Shown: piece by piece, positions 11,105-23,300 of the stretch
Layout: each line of letters opens with the position of its first letter
Position numbering within the stretch: position 1 is the stretch's first letter
Assembly (NCBI RefSeq): GCF_964188315.1
Contig: NC_135667.1
Location: forward strand, 23,002,001 to 23,066,000
Origin: Podarcis muralis
Lineage: Eukaryota
Length of the DNA: 64,000 nucleotides
Reading direction: 5' to 3'
Program-made: the position numbers and the translations under genes
The notes under the pieces: model-generated
Told to the model about the DNA's origin: nothing
The model's input: only the letters and a program-made list of their open reading frames with translations
Database searches by the model: none

Positions 11105-11460
11105 CTCATGTTTCCAGAACTTTCACAGTTCACTCAAATAAACTGTTAGGCTTCCAGAAATTCATATAGCGGAGGAACCCACCCCATGCAGAAGAATGTG
11201 TTTCTATTCAGGAGTTCTGGAAGCAAGCAGCCAGCTCTTGCCTAAACCTGTTTAGGGAGGTAGAGAAAACCTGTACTAGATACGAAAAGCTGGAGAGCCT
11301 TCTTGGAATTTTGTTTCAAATGAACATGCCTAGCCATAGCTACAATATCTGCAATGCTGTATATGCAGTTGCACATGTAATTGAATTTATTGTATATAGC
11401 CCAATGCCTTCACAATGAGTAACAGTGGGAAAATGCAATGTCTTACACTGAACCCATGCA
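11105..11460 (+). pseudogene. Degenerate relic of the 3' half of V2R exon 3, downstream of gene 1
   Basis: Recognisable pieces tttcacagttcactcaaataaactg (FTVHSNKL), aaaagctggagagccttcttggaattttg (KLESL.GIL) and agctacaatatctgcaatgctgtatatgcagttgcacatg (SYNICNAVYAVAH), with stops and indels. Confidence 0.75.
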
Positions 11461-11602
11461 ATATGGATATATCAAATCTAAGGAAGTCTACAAAACAAAA
11501 GTTTAAAATTACCACCCTGGGAGAAGCGATGTGAGAACCAATAAACAATGGGAGATTAAAAATCTTATTGGGGCAAGTCTTATCTGGACAAATCAATGAG
11601 TA

Positions 11603-12357
11603 CAGTGGTACCTCGGGTTACAGACGCTTCAGGTTACAAACGCTTCAGGTTACAAACTACACTATCCCAGAAATAGTACCTCGGGTTAAGAACTTTGCTT
11701 CAGGATGAGAACAGAAATAGTGTGGTGACAGCTGTAGGCCCATTAGCTAAAGTGGTGTTGTTGTTGTTTAGTCGTTTAGTCGTGTCCGACTCTTCGTGAC
11801 ACCATGGACCAGAGCACGCCAGGCACCCCTGTCCTCCACTACCTCCCGCAGTCTGGTCAAACCCATGCTGGTAACCTCGAAAACACTATCCAACCATCTC
11901 GTCCTCTGTCGCCCCCTTCTCCTTGTGCCCTCCATTTTTCCCAGCATCAGTGTCTTCTCCAGGGAGTCTTCTCTTCTCATGAGGTGGCCAAAGTACTGGA
12001 GCCTCAGCTTCACGATCTGTCCTTCTAGTGAGCACTCAGGGCTGATTTCCTTAAGAATGGATGCGTTTGATCTTCTTGCAGTCCATGGGACTCTCAAGAG
12101 TCTTCTCCAGCACCCTAATTCAAAAGCATCAATTCTTCGGTGATCAGCCTTCTTTATGGTCCAGCTCTCACTTCCATACATCACTACTGGGAAAACCATG
12201 GCTTTAACTATACGGACCTTTGTTGGCAAGGTGACGTCTCTACTTCTCAAGATGCTATCTAGGCCTGTCAGCTAAAGTGGTGCCTCAGGTTAAGAACAGT
12301 TTCAGGTTAGGAACAGACCTCCAGAACGAATTAAGTTCTTAAGTCGAGGTACTACTG
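11603..12357. mobile_element. Tc1/mariner-type MITE with a nested Bov-B fragment
   Basis: TIRs cagtggtacctcggg ... cgaggtactactg, TA duplication at 11601-11602 and 12358-12359. An uninterrupted copy lies at 39619-39860. Confidence 0.75.
11758..12269 (-). mobile_element. Bov-B/RTE LINE, 5'-truncated 3' end
   Basis: ORF 11768-12250 (VKAMVFPVVMYGSESWTIKKADHRRIDAFELGCWRRLLRVPW) is the typical RTE/Bov-B RT C-terminus. (AAC)n tail; 13-bp TSD agctaaagtggtg at 11745-11757 and 12270-12282. Confidence 0.9.
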
Positions 12358-14204
12358 TAGTTCATTTTATCCTCAACCTGATTGCATTCATAAATGCATT
12401 TCCATACCATATGAACTATTTCAAGGTATTTCCCTTCTAAGTATGTTTTGGGCATCTGTTGAAACCCAAGTTCAACAAAGGTCCTACATAATTGTGGAAA
12501 AATAAGCATATGGGAGCAGTCACGATGACCCAAAATGATGACACTATACTCATGCACCATCGGAAGAGAGGTAGGATCTTCCTTATTTTAAAAATTGTTG
12601 TAGGGATCCTGGTCTCCACATTGAGCTGTTCTCCTCTACATGGGATGAGACTGTATAGCAAGGAGACCAAATAAGAAGAAAGGAAAGAGCAATGATTCAA
12701 TTTTTCCCACTATTCCATTATAATTTCTCAACAAAATTTATAAACTCTTTTGGCTCTGTCACAATAAAAAGTTTACAATATACTACGTATATTTCTTGGA
12801 AATATGTCCCCTAACAGGTATAATCTTTAAATCTCCAACTTTGTCAAATCATTTATACCAATTGAGCATGGAAGGCACTGTTGATAATTTCTACTATGAT
12901 GTGTTATGCATTCTAATTATAATCTATGGAAGGCAATTACTTCATATTCTCCACCAAGTTTCTGTCAGGATATTATGTTCCTTCATTAAATAATAAATAA
13001 ATAAATAGTAGATAAATAAATAAATAAATATATGTTTCTCTTTACCAGTCTGTGCTTTATAGTGGGTGGATTCAAGTTTAAATATTAAAGGTTTGTGCAA
13101 GCTCCATAATCCTGTATCTCGGTCATATATAACTCCAATTTATCCCTAAATCACATTGTGCTCTCAAGGTCACCTCAGTCTCTGATTATTCCATATGGAT
13201 AATATTGCTTGCAAGTTGGCTACTTGTTGAATTGTAGTTTCAATTGCATGATCACTTCACTTACACAGAATCCACGTGTCTATTGTAGTAAATAAACAAA
13301 TCTGGGACTTCAGTCCACTCCTTTGCTACTGACAACAATCCAGTTCCAAGGCAGTGGTGAAGCTTGAATTAACCACAATACCATACAATATCTGTTTTGC
13401 CTAAATAATACTTCTGTTGCCCTTAACACCTGCAGTTGCCCAGTAAGAACATGAAGGGTGAATGGTATAATTCATGGTATAATAATGGTAATAATTATAA
13501 TAATGGTATAATAATACTTTCTTGGCGTGGAGAGATTTGAGGTACTTTTGTCATGCTTGATGAAATGTCAAAGTCTACCTACTCACTGAGGAAGTTTTTG
13601 CCATCCCTGTCACTGTCAAAATAACTGGTTTCCATCCTCTGACTTAATTGATGTCTGGGGCCCCATAATTAGGAATAAGAATGAATATTGAAGAAAAGCT
13701 ATAAAGTCTGCATGTTGCAAATTGGATCTAGGAAGAGGCACTGCTCTTTCATGCATTTGTTGGATCAGAAGGGCTCCCATGGGCTTGTTCTGCCACCATT
13801 TTATTACAAAAATTGTATTAGGCGTAACCCTCAACTCTTTGTTTCCCCAAGTTCATCTTCCAATTCTTAGTGTGAAGAAATTGGGCAGTAGCTATGTATC
13901 GATTAACAGTTTCACCTATCTACACACTGTTGACCTAATTTACCATTTTGTGGGGTACGGGGCAGACTAAGAACTCTCAACACAACACCCCCCTTTGCAA
14001 TCCAAGTTAAAGTAATTGATGCCTAGAGGTGAAGATCTATAGCTAAGTATTGTAAAGGGGGAAGAGAGAGAATAAACCTTGAGAGAATAAATTGAGGAGA
14101 AAGCACATGATATAGAGATGGATACTGATGGGAAATGATATATATTTATATGCACAGCAAAATTGTTACCTAACAGATCAAACAGTAAATCAGTAGAGGA
14201 AGAG

Positions 14205-14300
14205 TATAGTCTAAGTGGCCTGGTGCTAACAACGTCAAACTTGCAGGTTTGATCCCTGTATGGGACAGCTGCATATTCTTATATTGCCTTATATAATGCC
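14205..14300 (+). mobile_element. Decayed tRNA-derived SINE head just upstream of the gene 2 ATG (matching copy about 29270-29352 upstream of gene 3)
   Basis: ggtgctaacaacgtcaaacttgcaggtttgatccctgtatgggacagctgcatattc resembles a tRNA TpsiC/B-box SINE head. Boundaries approximate. Confidence 0.45.
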
Positions 14301-14334
14301 GCAGATGGTAAACGTATAATTTGCAAATTGAAAA

Positions 14335-17300
14335 ATGTGTATCTCAATCTTGGGGGGAAGTTTTGGCAGCAGGATCATGCTGGTAGTGGCATTGCTTCTC
14401 ATACTGTTGTGTCATACTGTTTGTGGGAAACATGTTGTGAATTGCAGCATATTTGATGACCCCCTCCCGATTCCTCATGAATTTTTCCAGCCAGGGGACC
14501 TCGTCATCGGTGGGATTGTTTCTCAAATATTCTTTCTTTATGATAGCCTCTCTTTCCTGGAACAGCGCACACAGACCATCACTGATGAACCCATGTAAGA
14601 CCTTACTTCTTCCCTCTCTCACTTTGTAATATGTTCAGGTCATAATTACTGAGAATGCGTTATCAAGAAATACTGTGATTTATTTACTTTTGGTGTGAGA
14701 TATGTGGTTTTCCCGTAACAGTGGCAAATTGTTGATAGATATATTACATTCTACATTATATTGTTATTTACAGACCATTAATAAGCTTTGCTCTATGACC
14801 CCATTGATGTGAAAATACAAAAAACCAAATACATCACAGTGAAGCCCCATTTGCTTGGGCCAGTAATTGCTGCTGCTTTTGTAAGAAATAGGAGGGAGGA
14901 CAATATGTACAGAGAGGAATTTCTTTAGGTATACACTTTGTGATAGCACATATCATGCTTATTGTTGTGCATTTCAATAGTATGTTGTATAATTCTCAGC
15001 TACGATACACCTCCATCTTACAAGCTTAACATTAATGTGCTGTTTTATTGTAGCTGCAGCACTTTTTTTTAAAAAAAAAAAAACTAACTGTAACTCTGAT
15101 TACAGTTCAGTACCTAAAAACTACCAGCACATCCTGGCCTTTGCATTTGCTGTCAAAGAGATCAATGAGAATCCCAACATCTTGCCAAATATCTCTCTGG
15201 GACTCCACATCCTCAATAGCTACTACACTGCAAGGATGACCTATAAAGCTACCTTAAGCCTTCTGTCAACACGACATAGGTTTGTCCCCAACTTCAAGTG
15301 TGACAGCCAGAACAATCTGATAGCTCTCATTGGAGGGTGCATCTCTGAAATCTCTGCCAATATGGCCATCGTTTCAGCAGGCCATAAGATTCCACAGGTA
15401 AGCTTTCTTCATAAGTATATGGAACTCTCACAACTCTTGTATGCTATCTTGATTCCAAAACCCTTTCAATAAATTACCCGTGAACATTTTCCTGTGGACT
15501 TCTCCTTATACACATGCTTGGTTGCAATGTTCCCTAATGTAAACTCTTTTGCAAAACATATTCTCTTCTATAATGCATTTTTATATGCTATTTTCACTAT
15601 TATATACATTCTAATGCACACCATGCCTTTCCATATGCATTTTAGCACATATTACTCAGTTGGAAATTTTGATTGCTAAAATAAAAGAATGGCAAATTTC
15701 AAAGAATCACTAGCTTTTTGTTCTCAGGTTGTTTTGAACAAGGGAATAATGTAGGTCGCTGCTTAATCACCCCAGTATGGCTCCCCTTCATCACACACAC
15801 AGCCCAACAATATGACAAAAGTAATGCTGACACGAAACTCCACACATACACTAAGTAGAAGAAAAGAAGCATAACCACCCCACCCCATACATTCCCCCCT
15901 CTCTCCCCTCTTTTCTTCCTAACATACCATTGTATGCAACAAGAAATCTTTAATAAAAATAAATGGGGGTGGGACATAAATTTTATTTCTCTTCTGTCCC
16001 TACTTATTCCCAGAGCTACAGAGAAGCTACTCTAAATTTCATAAGACTTTGTCAATCCTATAGCCATGTTTTGTGACATTTTGTTATGTAACATGAGAAA
16101 TGGCCTCCTGAAGACCACAGATTTGATGGAAGCCTAATGTCTCTCCCAATGTAGCTAGCTTCAGTCTGGATCACTATTGTGGTTTGCTATTACAACTTAA
16201 GCAAGCGGGAGTGATAATTCATGTGAGAGCTCTAGCAGCATGGCAGCACTGTTCCATTGCCTTTCAAAGCACCATCCTAACAAAAGAGTGCTCTGCTTAT
16301 TCATTTGGCATGATAGAAGGCGACCAAGCATGAAGACCTAAATGAAATATTTAGAAGAAGAGGCATGTTGCCTGAGACAAGCGATTCAGGGTAGGTTATG
16401 ATGAAACCAATTACTGGGGAGATCCTCACGGTGGGCCTCCAAGGACACATACAGGACCTCCTACAAGTTTATGGTTTAAAATTCTTTTCTATTCTTGTAC
16501 TTTTCCTTTCAGCTCACATATGGATCATTTTTGCCACTACAAGGTGCCCAAAGTTTATTCCCATTTCTATACCAGATGGTCCCCAATGAAGCCTACCAGC
16601 ACATGGGTGTTGTGCGGTTACTTCAGCATTTCGGATGGACTTGGATTGGGCTTTGGGCTGTAGATGATGATCGAGGAGACAGATTTTTACAAACAATGAT
16701 GCCATTGTTTTCCATTAATGGTATCTGCTATGCCTTCATCACAAGAATACCCAAATGGAATTATATGGATGAGATGATAAAGTTTGCTTTGCAGCGTTTT
16801 GAAATCTATGCAAATATCTTTGATGGAAACTCCAATAAGGGAAATCCCAGTGTATTCTTTATTTATGGAGAGCCTCCATCATTTCAGAGTTTGAGAATGC
16901 TGCTGTTTTATGCACCTTTCTTCTCACTGCCACCTCTGAGTAAAGTGTGGATTGTTACGTCCCACTGGGATTTTGCATCATACTCTATTCAGAAAAATTG
17001 GGATATGCAAGCCTTTCATGGTTCTTTATCCTTCACGGTTCCCTCAAATTGGTTATTAGATTTCCATAAGTTCGTTCACAAGTTAAGGCCGTCGTGGGCA
17101 AAAGGTGATGGCTTTATCCAGTCCTTCTGGGAGCAGGCCTTCAGCTGCTCATTCAAAATATCTAAAGGACAGCAAGAGGAAGAAAACAACAAAGCTTGCA
17201 CTGGGGACGAGAAGCTGGAGGGCCTTCCTGGAATTCTGTTCGAAATGGACATGACTGGCCACAGCTACAATGTTTACAATGCCGTCTACATTGTGGCACA

Positions 17301-20300
17301 TGCTTTGCATGCCATAAAGAAAAGGAGCTCCAAGAGTAGAAGGATTATGAAAGGAGGGAAACTGGCATTTCCAAATGTGCAATCATGGCAGGTAACTACA
17401 ATTCACCCTTTGGTACAGAGGAAAAGGAGTTGTAAATTTGCATAATTCATTTCTAGCAGCATTATATAATGGTTCTTATATAGCATTATTTAACAAGAAC
17501 GGCATACTGTTGAAAAATTTGTAAGGCCTCCGTGAAGTCCATTGAATAAATTTCAGGACCTAGTGACATCTCTGCACATATTCTCTTTAAAAGGTGCATT
17601 CCTTTCTAAGGCACATCGCGTTCAATAACAGTGTGGGAGATTCTGTGCACTTTGATGACAATGGAGAATTAGTTGCTTCTTTTGATGTAACGAACTGGTT
17701 GATTTTTCCCAATGGCTCACTGGTTAGAGCAAAAGTTGGAAGACTGGATTCTCAGGCTCCTTTAGGAGAAGAGTTAATAATTAATGATGACCAAATTCTA
17801 TGGCATCCAAGTTTTAACCAGGTAAGATAGGTTAGCTAACTTTTAACTATATAAGCACTGAACTGAAGTATGTAAATGGGGGAAATATCAATCCAGAACT
17901 GTATATATTGTACATATATGTGAAATAAATGTTGAATACTGTATTAGGAGATATTTTTTTTGGGGGGGGAGGGCAAGAAGGAGAAGAAGAATGCTAAGGA
18001 TGTGTCAGCCAAGGAATCCAGCAATCCTCTACTTCCCAATTTCATTTCAAGATGGAAGAGGATTCTGTTGTTCATAAAGCTTGACTCCTATTTGTTGCAG
18101 GCACTTACAAAGATCCCAGGTTGACTTCCAAACAGGTTGGCTTCATTGTGATTACAAATGGCAATAGTAATGTCAAGGTCAACCGCCCACAATATGGAGA
18201 TCAATTCTCTACTCGTAGTTAGGTTTTCATCCCTGATGCATTTATGATTCTGTGATGAAGGGTGTGGGAATGAGCCTGTTGGCTCTGCTTACGTTCTCAG
18301 TGCTCATTGCTAGCAGTAAGGAGGCTTTTTTACCCATACAGCATTCTTTTTTCTTCTTCTTTTAAATATATTTTTATTAAACAATTTCAACAAAACAAGT
18401 TGCCAATGCAAATAATCAATTACATTATTTCCCCCCTTCCATCCCCCCTTGCCATCCCTCCCTCTCCCTCTCTCCCGAGACTTCCCTCAGCTCCCTTCTC
18501 TGATTTGTTTGCACTTGTTACTCTGCATGTTAAAAATTCTACATATTATTACCTTATCTGTCATATATTCTATTAATAAATTTCTGTATGTTTATTCAAA
18601 ACATGCCAAGGAGTCCAAGGCATTTTATTGATTTTTTAAGTAATTTGTAAAAGGTTCCCAATCTTCTTTGAAGTCACAATTGTCCTTCTCACGTAATTTG
18701 TATGTCAGTTTGGCCAGTTCCATATAACTCATCAGTATTTCTTGCCACTGTTCTTTCGTTGGGATTTCCTCATTCCTCCATCCTTGGGCTAACAAGACTT
18801 TTGCCGCTGTTGTAGCATACATAAATAATTTTTTTACTTTTCTTTGCAGGTCTTGTCCCACACTCCCTAACAAAAATGCTTCTGGTTTTTTTTACAAATG
18901 TCATTTTAAACTTTTTTCAATTCATTTTATATCATTTCCATTTTAATTTTTTTTAACTTCTCTACATTCCCACCACAAATGATAAAAAGTACCTTCTTTT
19001 TCTTTACATTTCCAGCATATGTTTGATCCGGTTTTGTACATTTTTACTATTTGTACGGGTGTAGTATACCATCTTTGGGACGCGGGTGGCACTGTGGGTA
19101 AAAGGCTCAGCGCCTAGGGCTTGCCGATCGAAAGGTCGGCGGTTCGAATCCCCGCGGCGGGGTGCGCTCCCGTTGTTCGGTCCCAGCGCCTGCCAACCTA
19201 GCAGTTCGAAAGCACCTCCGGGTGCAAGTAGATAAATAGGGACCGCTTACTAGCGGGAAGGTAAATGGCGTTTCCGTGTGCTGCGCTGGCTCGCCAGATG
19301 CAGCTTGTCACGCTGGCCACGTGACCCGGAAGTGTCTTCGGACAGCGCTGGCCCCCGGCCTCTTGAGTGAGATGGGCGCACAACCCTAGAGTCTGTCAAG
19401 ACTGGCCCGTACGGGCAGGGGTACCTTTACCTTTACCTTTAGTATACCATCTATACATCATTTTCATATAGGTTTCTTTCAAAAGAGAACAATCTGTAAA
19501 TTTCAAATCTACTTTCCACAATTTTTCCCAATCTTCAAATTGTATATTATGCCCTATGTCCTGTGCCCATTTAATCATGACTCATTTGACCTCATCTTTT
19601 GTTTCCCATTCTAGCAGAATACTATATGCTTTCTTCAACAGCTTCACTTCTTCTACAACTTCCGTTTGGAATCTGGAAATTGTATAACTGAACCCTTTCT
19701 TATTATCTTCCTTGTACATCTCATGTAATTGTCTATAGTGTAGCCAACTATGAAAATGGTCTTTAACTTCCTCATAGTCTTTTAATTTCTATTTCTCTTC
19801 TTAATCTCTTAGTAATTTTCTATATGTAGGCCACTTCCCCTTTTTGCCAAGTGGTTTGAGTTAGGAAGCTTCGATTGGTGATAACCACCAGGGTGTTTTT
19901 TGTTCTATTAAATCTTTGTACCTCTCCCACAAACCCCATACAGCATTCTTAATCCTATGCAGTCGATGCAACACTGCTGACATGAGCACAAAATCAACAG
20001 AGAAGGGTCTCTACTACAGACTTCAGATTTGCAATGGATAGAAGCTGGTGGAAAAGGGTCAGAAGAAAGTGACAGAAGCATCTGGGCCTACCGGGTTCTG
20101 TTCACGTTCCCCCTTACATGATTCAAATCAGATGGGAAGTGAACGACGGGAAGAGTAGAAATATCTTATTGCTAATCTCCATGTTATTACTATGTATAGG
20201 TGTTGCCTATTTCTGTGTGCAATGACAACTGCCAACCTGGCTACAGCAGGAAAAAGAAGGAGGGAGAAAAATTTTGCTGCTATGATTGTGCTCCATGTGC

Positions 20301-23300
20301 AGAGGGGATGATCTCTAAGCAGATAGGTAGGAGATATAATATATAATGCATCATATGTAAGTATGTATTGACCCTTAAGGCACATATAGCCACTACTTTG
20401 ATGAAGCTAAGTAGTTCTAGTTCTGATCAGTATCTGGATGGGAGACAGATTGGGGACCCAGTATATACAACCTTACATTCCACAGTGGAAGAAAAATGGG
20501 ATATAAATGTAAGAAAATATTTTAAAATTCATATTAAATATGTTTGAGGGGGCGGGGGGGGATATCCCCTTATAGTTTTTTTGTTGGTTTTACAACTCCT
20601 TGGGCAAAAGGGAGCATATAAATGTAAAAATCAAATAAATAAATAAATACAAACAAAATTGGGGAAATGGACAAAAAGATTGAGGAGACAGTGAATTAAA
20701 GGGACAAATTAAAGAGGTCTCAAAGAGAGTGGATGAGGGTCTTAAAAAAACAAAACATGAAATAAAAGAGATGAAACGGGAAGAAGAGAAGATGAAAAAT
20801 GAGATTGCAGACCTAAACAAAATACAGGAAGAAATAAAAGACTCTATCGCAATGAATGAACTAAAACAGAGAGAAGTGAATTTGAGAATGAGGCAAATAC
20901 CGGAAGTACAAAATGAAAATATAAAGGAAAGACTGATAAAAGAGATTGCACAGTGGATGGGGTTATCGGAGGAAGAAGTAGGGAAAACAGTACAAAATGC
21001 ATTTAGAATGAAAATAAGATCAAACAAAGCAAAAAAATTCCCTGGTGACTGCCTAATAACATTCAAAGATAGAGAGATGAGAAATCAGATCTTACAGAGA
21101 AACAGAGTAAAAAGATTATATATTGATGGGAATTATATAATCATATTTAAAGACATCCCAATAAGACTGCTGAAACGAAGAGAGACTTATAAACCATTGG
21201 TGCAGCTGCTTAAGAAAAACAAGATCGACTTCAGATGGGAATTCCCGGAAGGGGTCTCATTTTTCTATAAAGGAGTAAAAAGAAGATTGAGCAGTTTGGA
21301 AGAAATAGGGAAATTTACAAGGAGATATAAAGAGCTCCAAGTGGAAGAGGAAGAGGTAGAAGGGGCGGTAGGAGGACTAAACTTAAGGGAGGAATTCGAA
21401 TCAAAAGAAGAAGAAGAACAGGTAGAGAGAGAATCAGAAGAAGAGGAAGAAGACGAGGTAAGAGAAGAGATAGAAAGACTATAAGACAAACTTAAACCCA
21501 AATAGCAACAAGAAAAATGGCGTTAAAATTATGGAACTGGAATGTAAACGGGATGAACGATAAGAGAAAACGGAACAGGATTGAGCACATGTTAAAAAAG
21601 AAAAATTTAGATATCATATGCTTACAAGAAACCCACGTGATTAAAAAACATAGGAAAATTTTAATAAACAAAAGGTTGGGAAATGAATTTGTATCCTCGG
21701 ATAAAGAGAAAAAAAGAGGTGTTGTATTATACATTAAAAATAAAATTGAATCTCATCAATTATTTAAGGATGAAGAAGGTAGAATCATAATGGCTCAAAT
21801 TAAGTGGCAAGGTGAAAAGTTGATAATTGTTGGGATCTACTCACCAAACGGGAATAAGAAGGGATTCTTTAGATTATTGGAGGAGAAATTATTTGAATAC
21901 ATGGACCAAAAAATTATAATAATGGGAGATATGAACGGGGTGGTTTCATTAGAAATGGATAGACTGAGGAAAACGAAAAATAAGGAAGGAAAACTGCCTA
22001 AAACATTCTTTGCAATGACGAAGAACTGTAATTTAGTAGATATTTGGAGGCTCAGGCACCCTTTGGAGAAGCAATTCACATACCACTCAGAACCAAATCA
22101 AACAATGTCAAGAATAGATCAAATATGGGTATCAAAAGAGTTGACTCCAAGAATTCAAAAGATAGAAATACAGGCTAAAGTGATCTCAGATCACAACCCA
22201 ATAGAAATGGAGCTAAAAGGGTTTGAAGAGCGAACCTTCAGGTGGAGGTTGAATGACAACATATGGGATGACCAAAAATTTGTAGAAAAAGCACAAAAAA
22301 ATTTATCTGATTACTTTAGAGACAACATGGATAAGGGGACAAAAATGAGTGTGGTATGGGATGCAAGCAAAGCGGTGATGAGGGGCCTATGTATTCAACA
22401 GAACGTATGGAAACGAAACAACAAAGAAAAAAAGACAAAGGAGATTTTGGAACAGATCATGAGTAAGGAACAAAAACTGATTAAAAAACCTAATAACGAG
22501 AAGATAATACAGGAAATAAAGATTCTCCAAACCCAGTTTGCGATGCTAATAAATAAAGAGGTTGAGTGGAATATTAAAAGGTTAAGACAAAAAAATTTCG
22601 AATTTGCTAATAAATCAGGAAAATGGCTTGCTTGGCAAGTTAAGAGGAGAAAAGAGCAAAACACAATTAACAAAATTGAAGTGAATGGAGAAGAAATAAC
22701 AGACCCGAAAGGAATTAGGAAAGGATTCGTTGATTTTTATAAACAATTATATAGGAATAAAGAAAGGAACAACAAGAAGAAAATAGAAAGATATTTGAAA
22801 GAGAAGATGGTGAAGAAGATCCCAACAGATCAAAAAGAACAGTTGAATGCACCAATTGGTAAAGAAGAAGTAGAAGAAGCCATAAAAGAACTAAAAAGAG
22901 GAAAAGCACCGGGCCCGGATGGGTTCACCTCAAGCTATTACAAAGAAATGAAAGATACGTTGACAGTCCCGTTAATTAAAGTAATGAATAATATCTTAAA
23001 AGAAAAGGATATCCCCGGAACATGGAAAGAGGCATTTATCACAATAATACCAAAACAGGATTCGGATTTGACCCAAATTAAAAATTACAGACCCATATCG
23101 CTCTTAAACACAGACTATAAAATCTTTACAGGAATTCTAGCAAAGAGATTAAAAAAGATTTTAGTAAAAATTATACATAAAGACCAAGAAGGCTTCCTAC
23201 CGGGCAGGCAATTAAGAAATAATATAAGAAATATAGTCAATGTTATAGAATACTTGTCCGATAGGTGTGACAAACCAGCAAGTTTAATATTCGTAGATGC

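Noticed and set aside
11758-12269. Novel horizontal transfer of a ruminant-like element
   Set aside because: Bov-B in squamates and its horizontal transfer are well established.
20590-21066. Antisense ORF over L1 ORF1 (ORF0-like)
   Set aside because: Complement of A-rich coiled-coil codons, giving a low-complexity F/S/I/L peptide; it runs out into host DNA.
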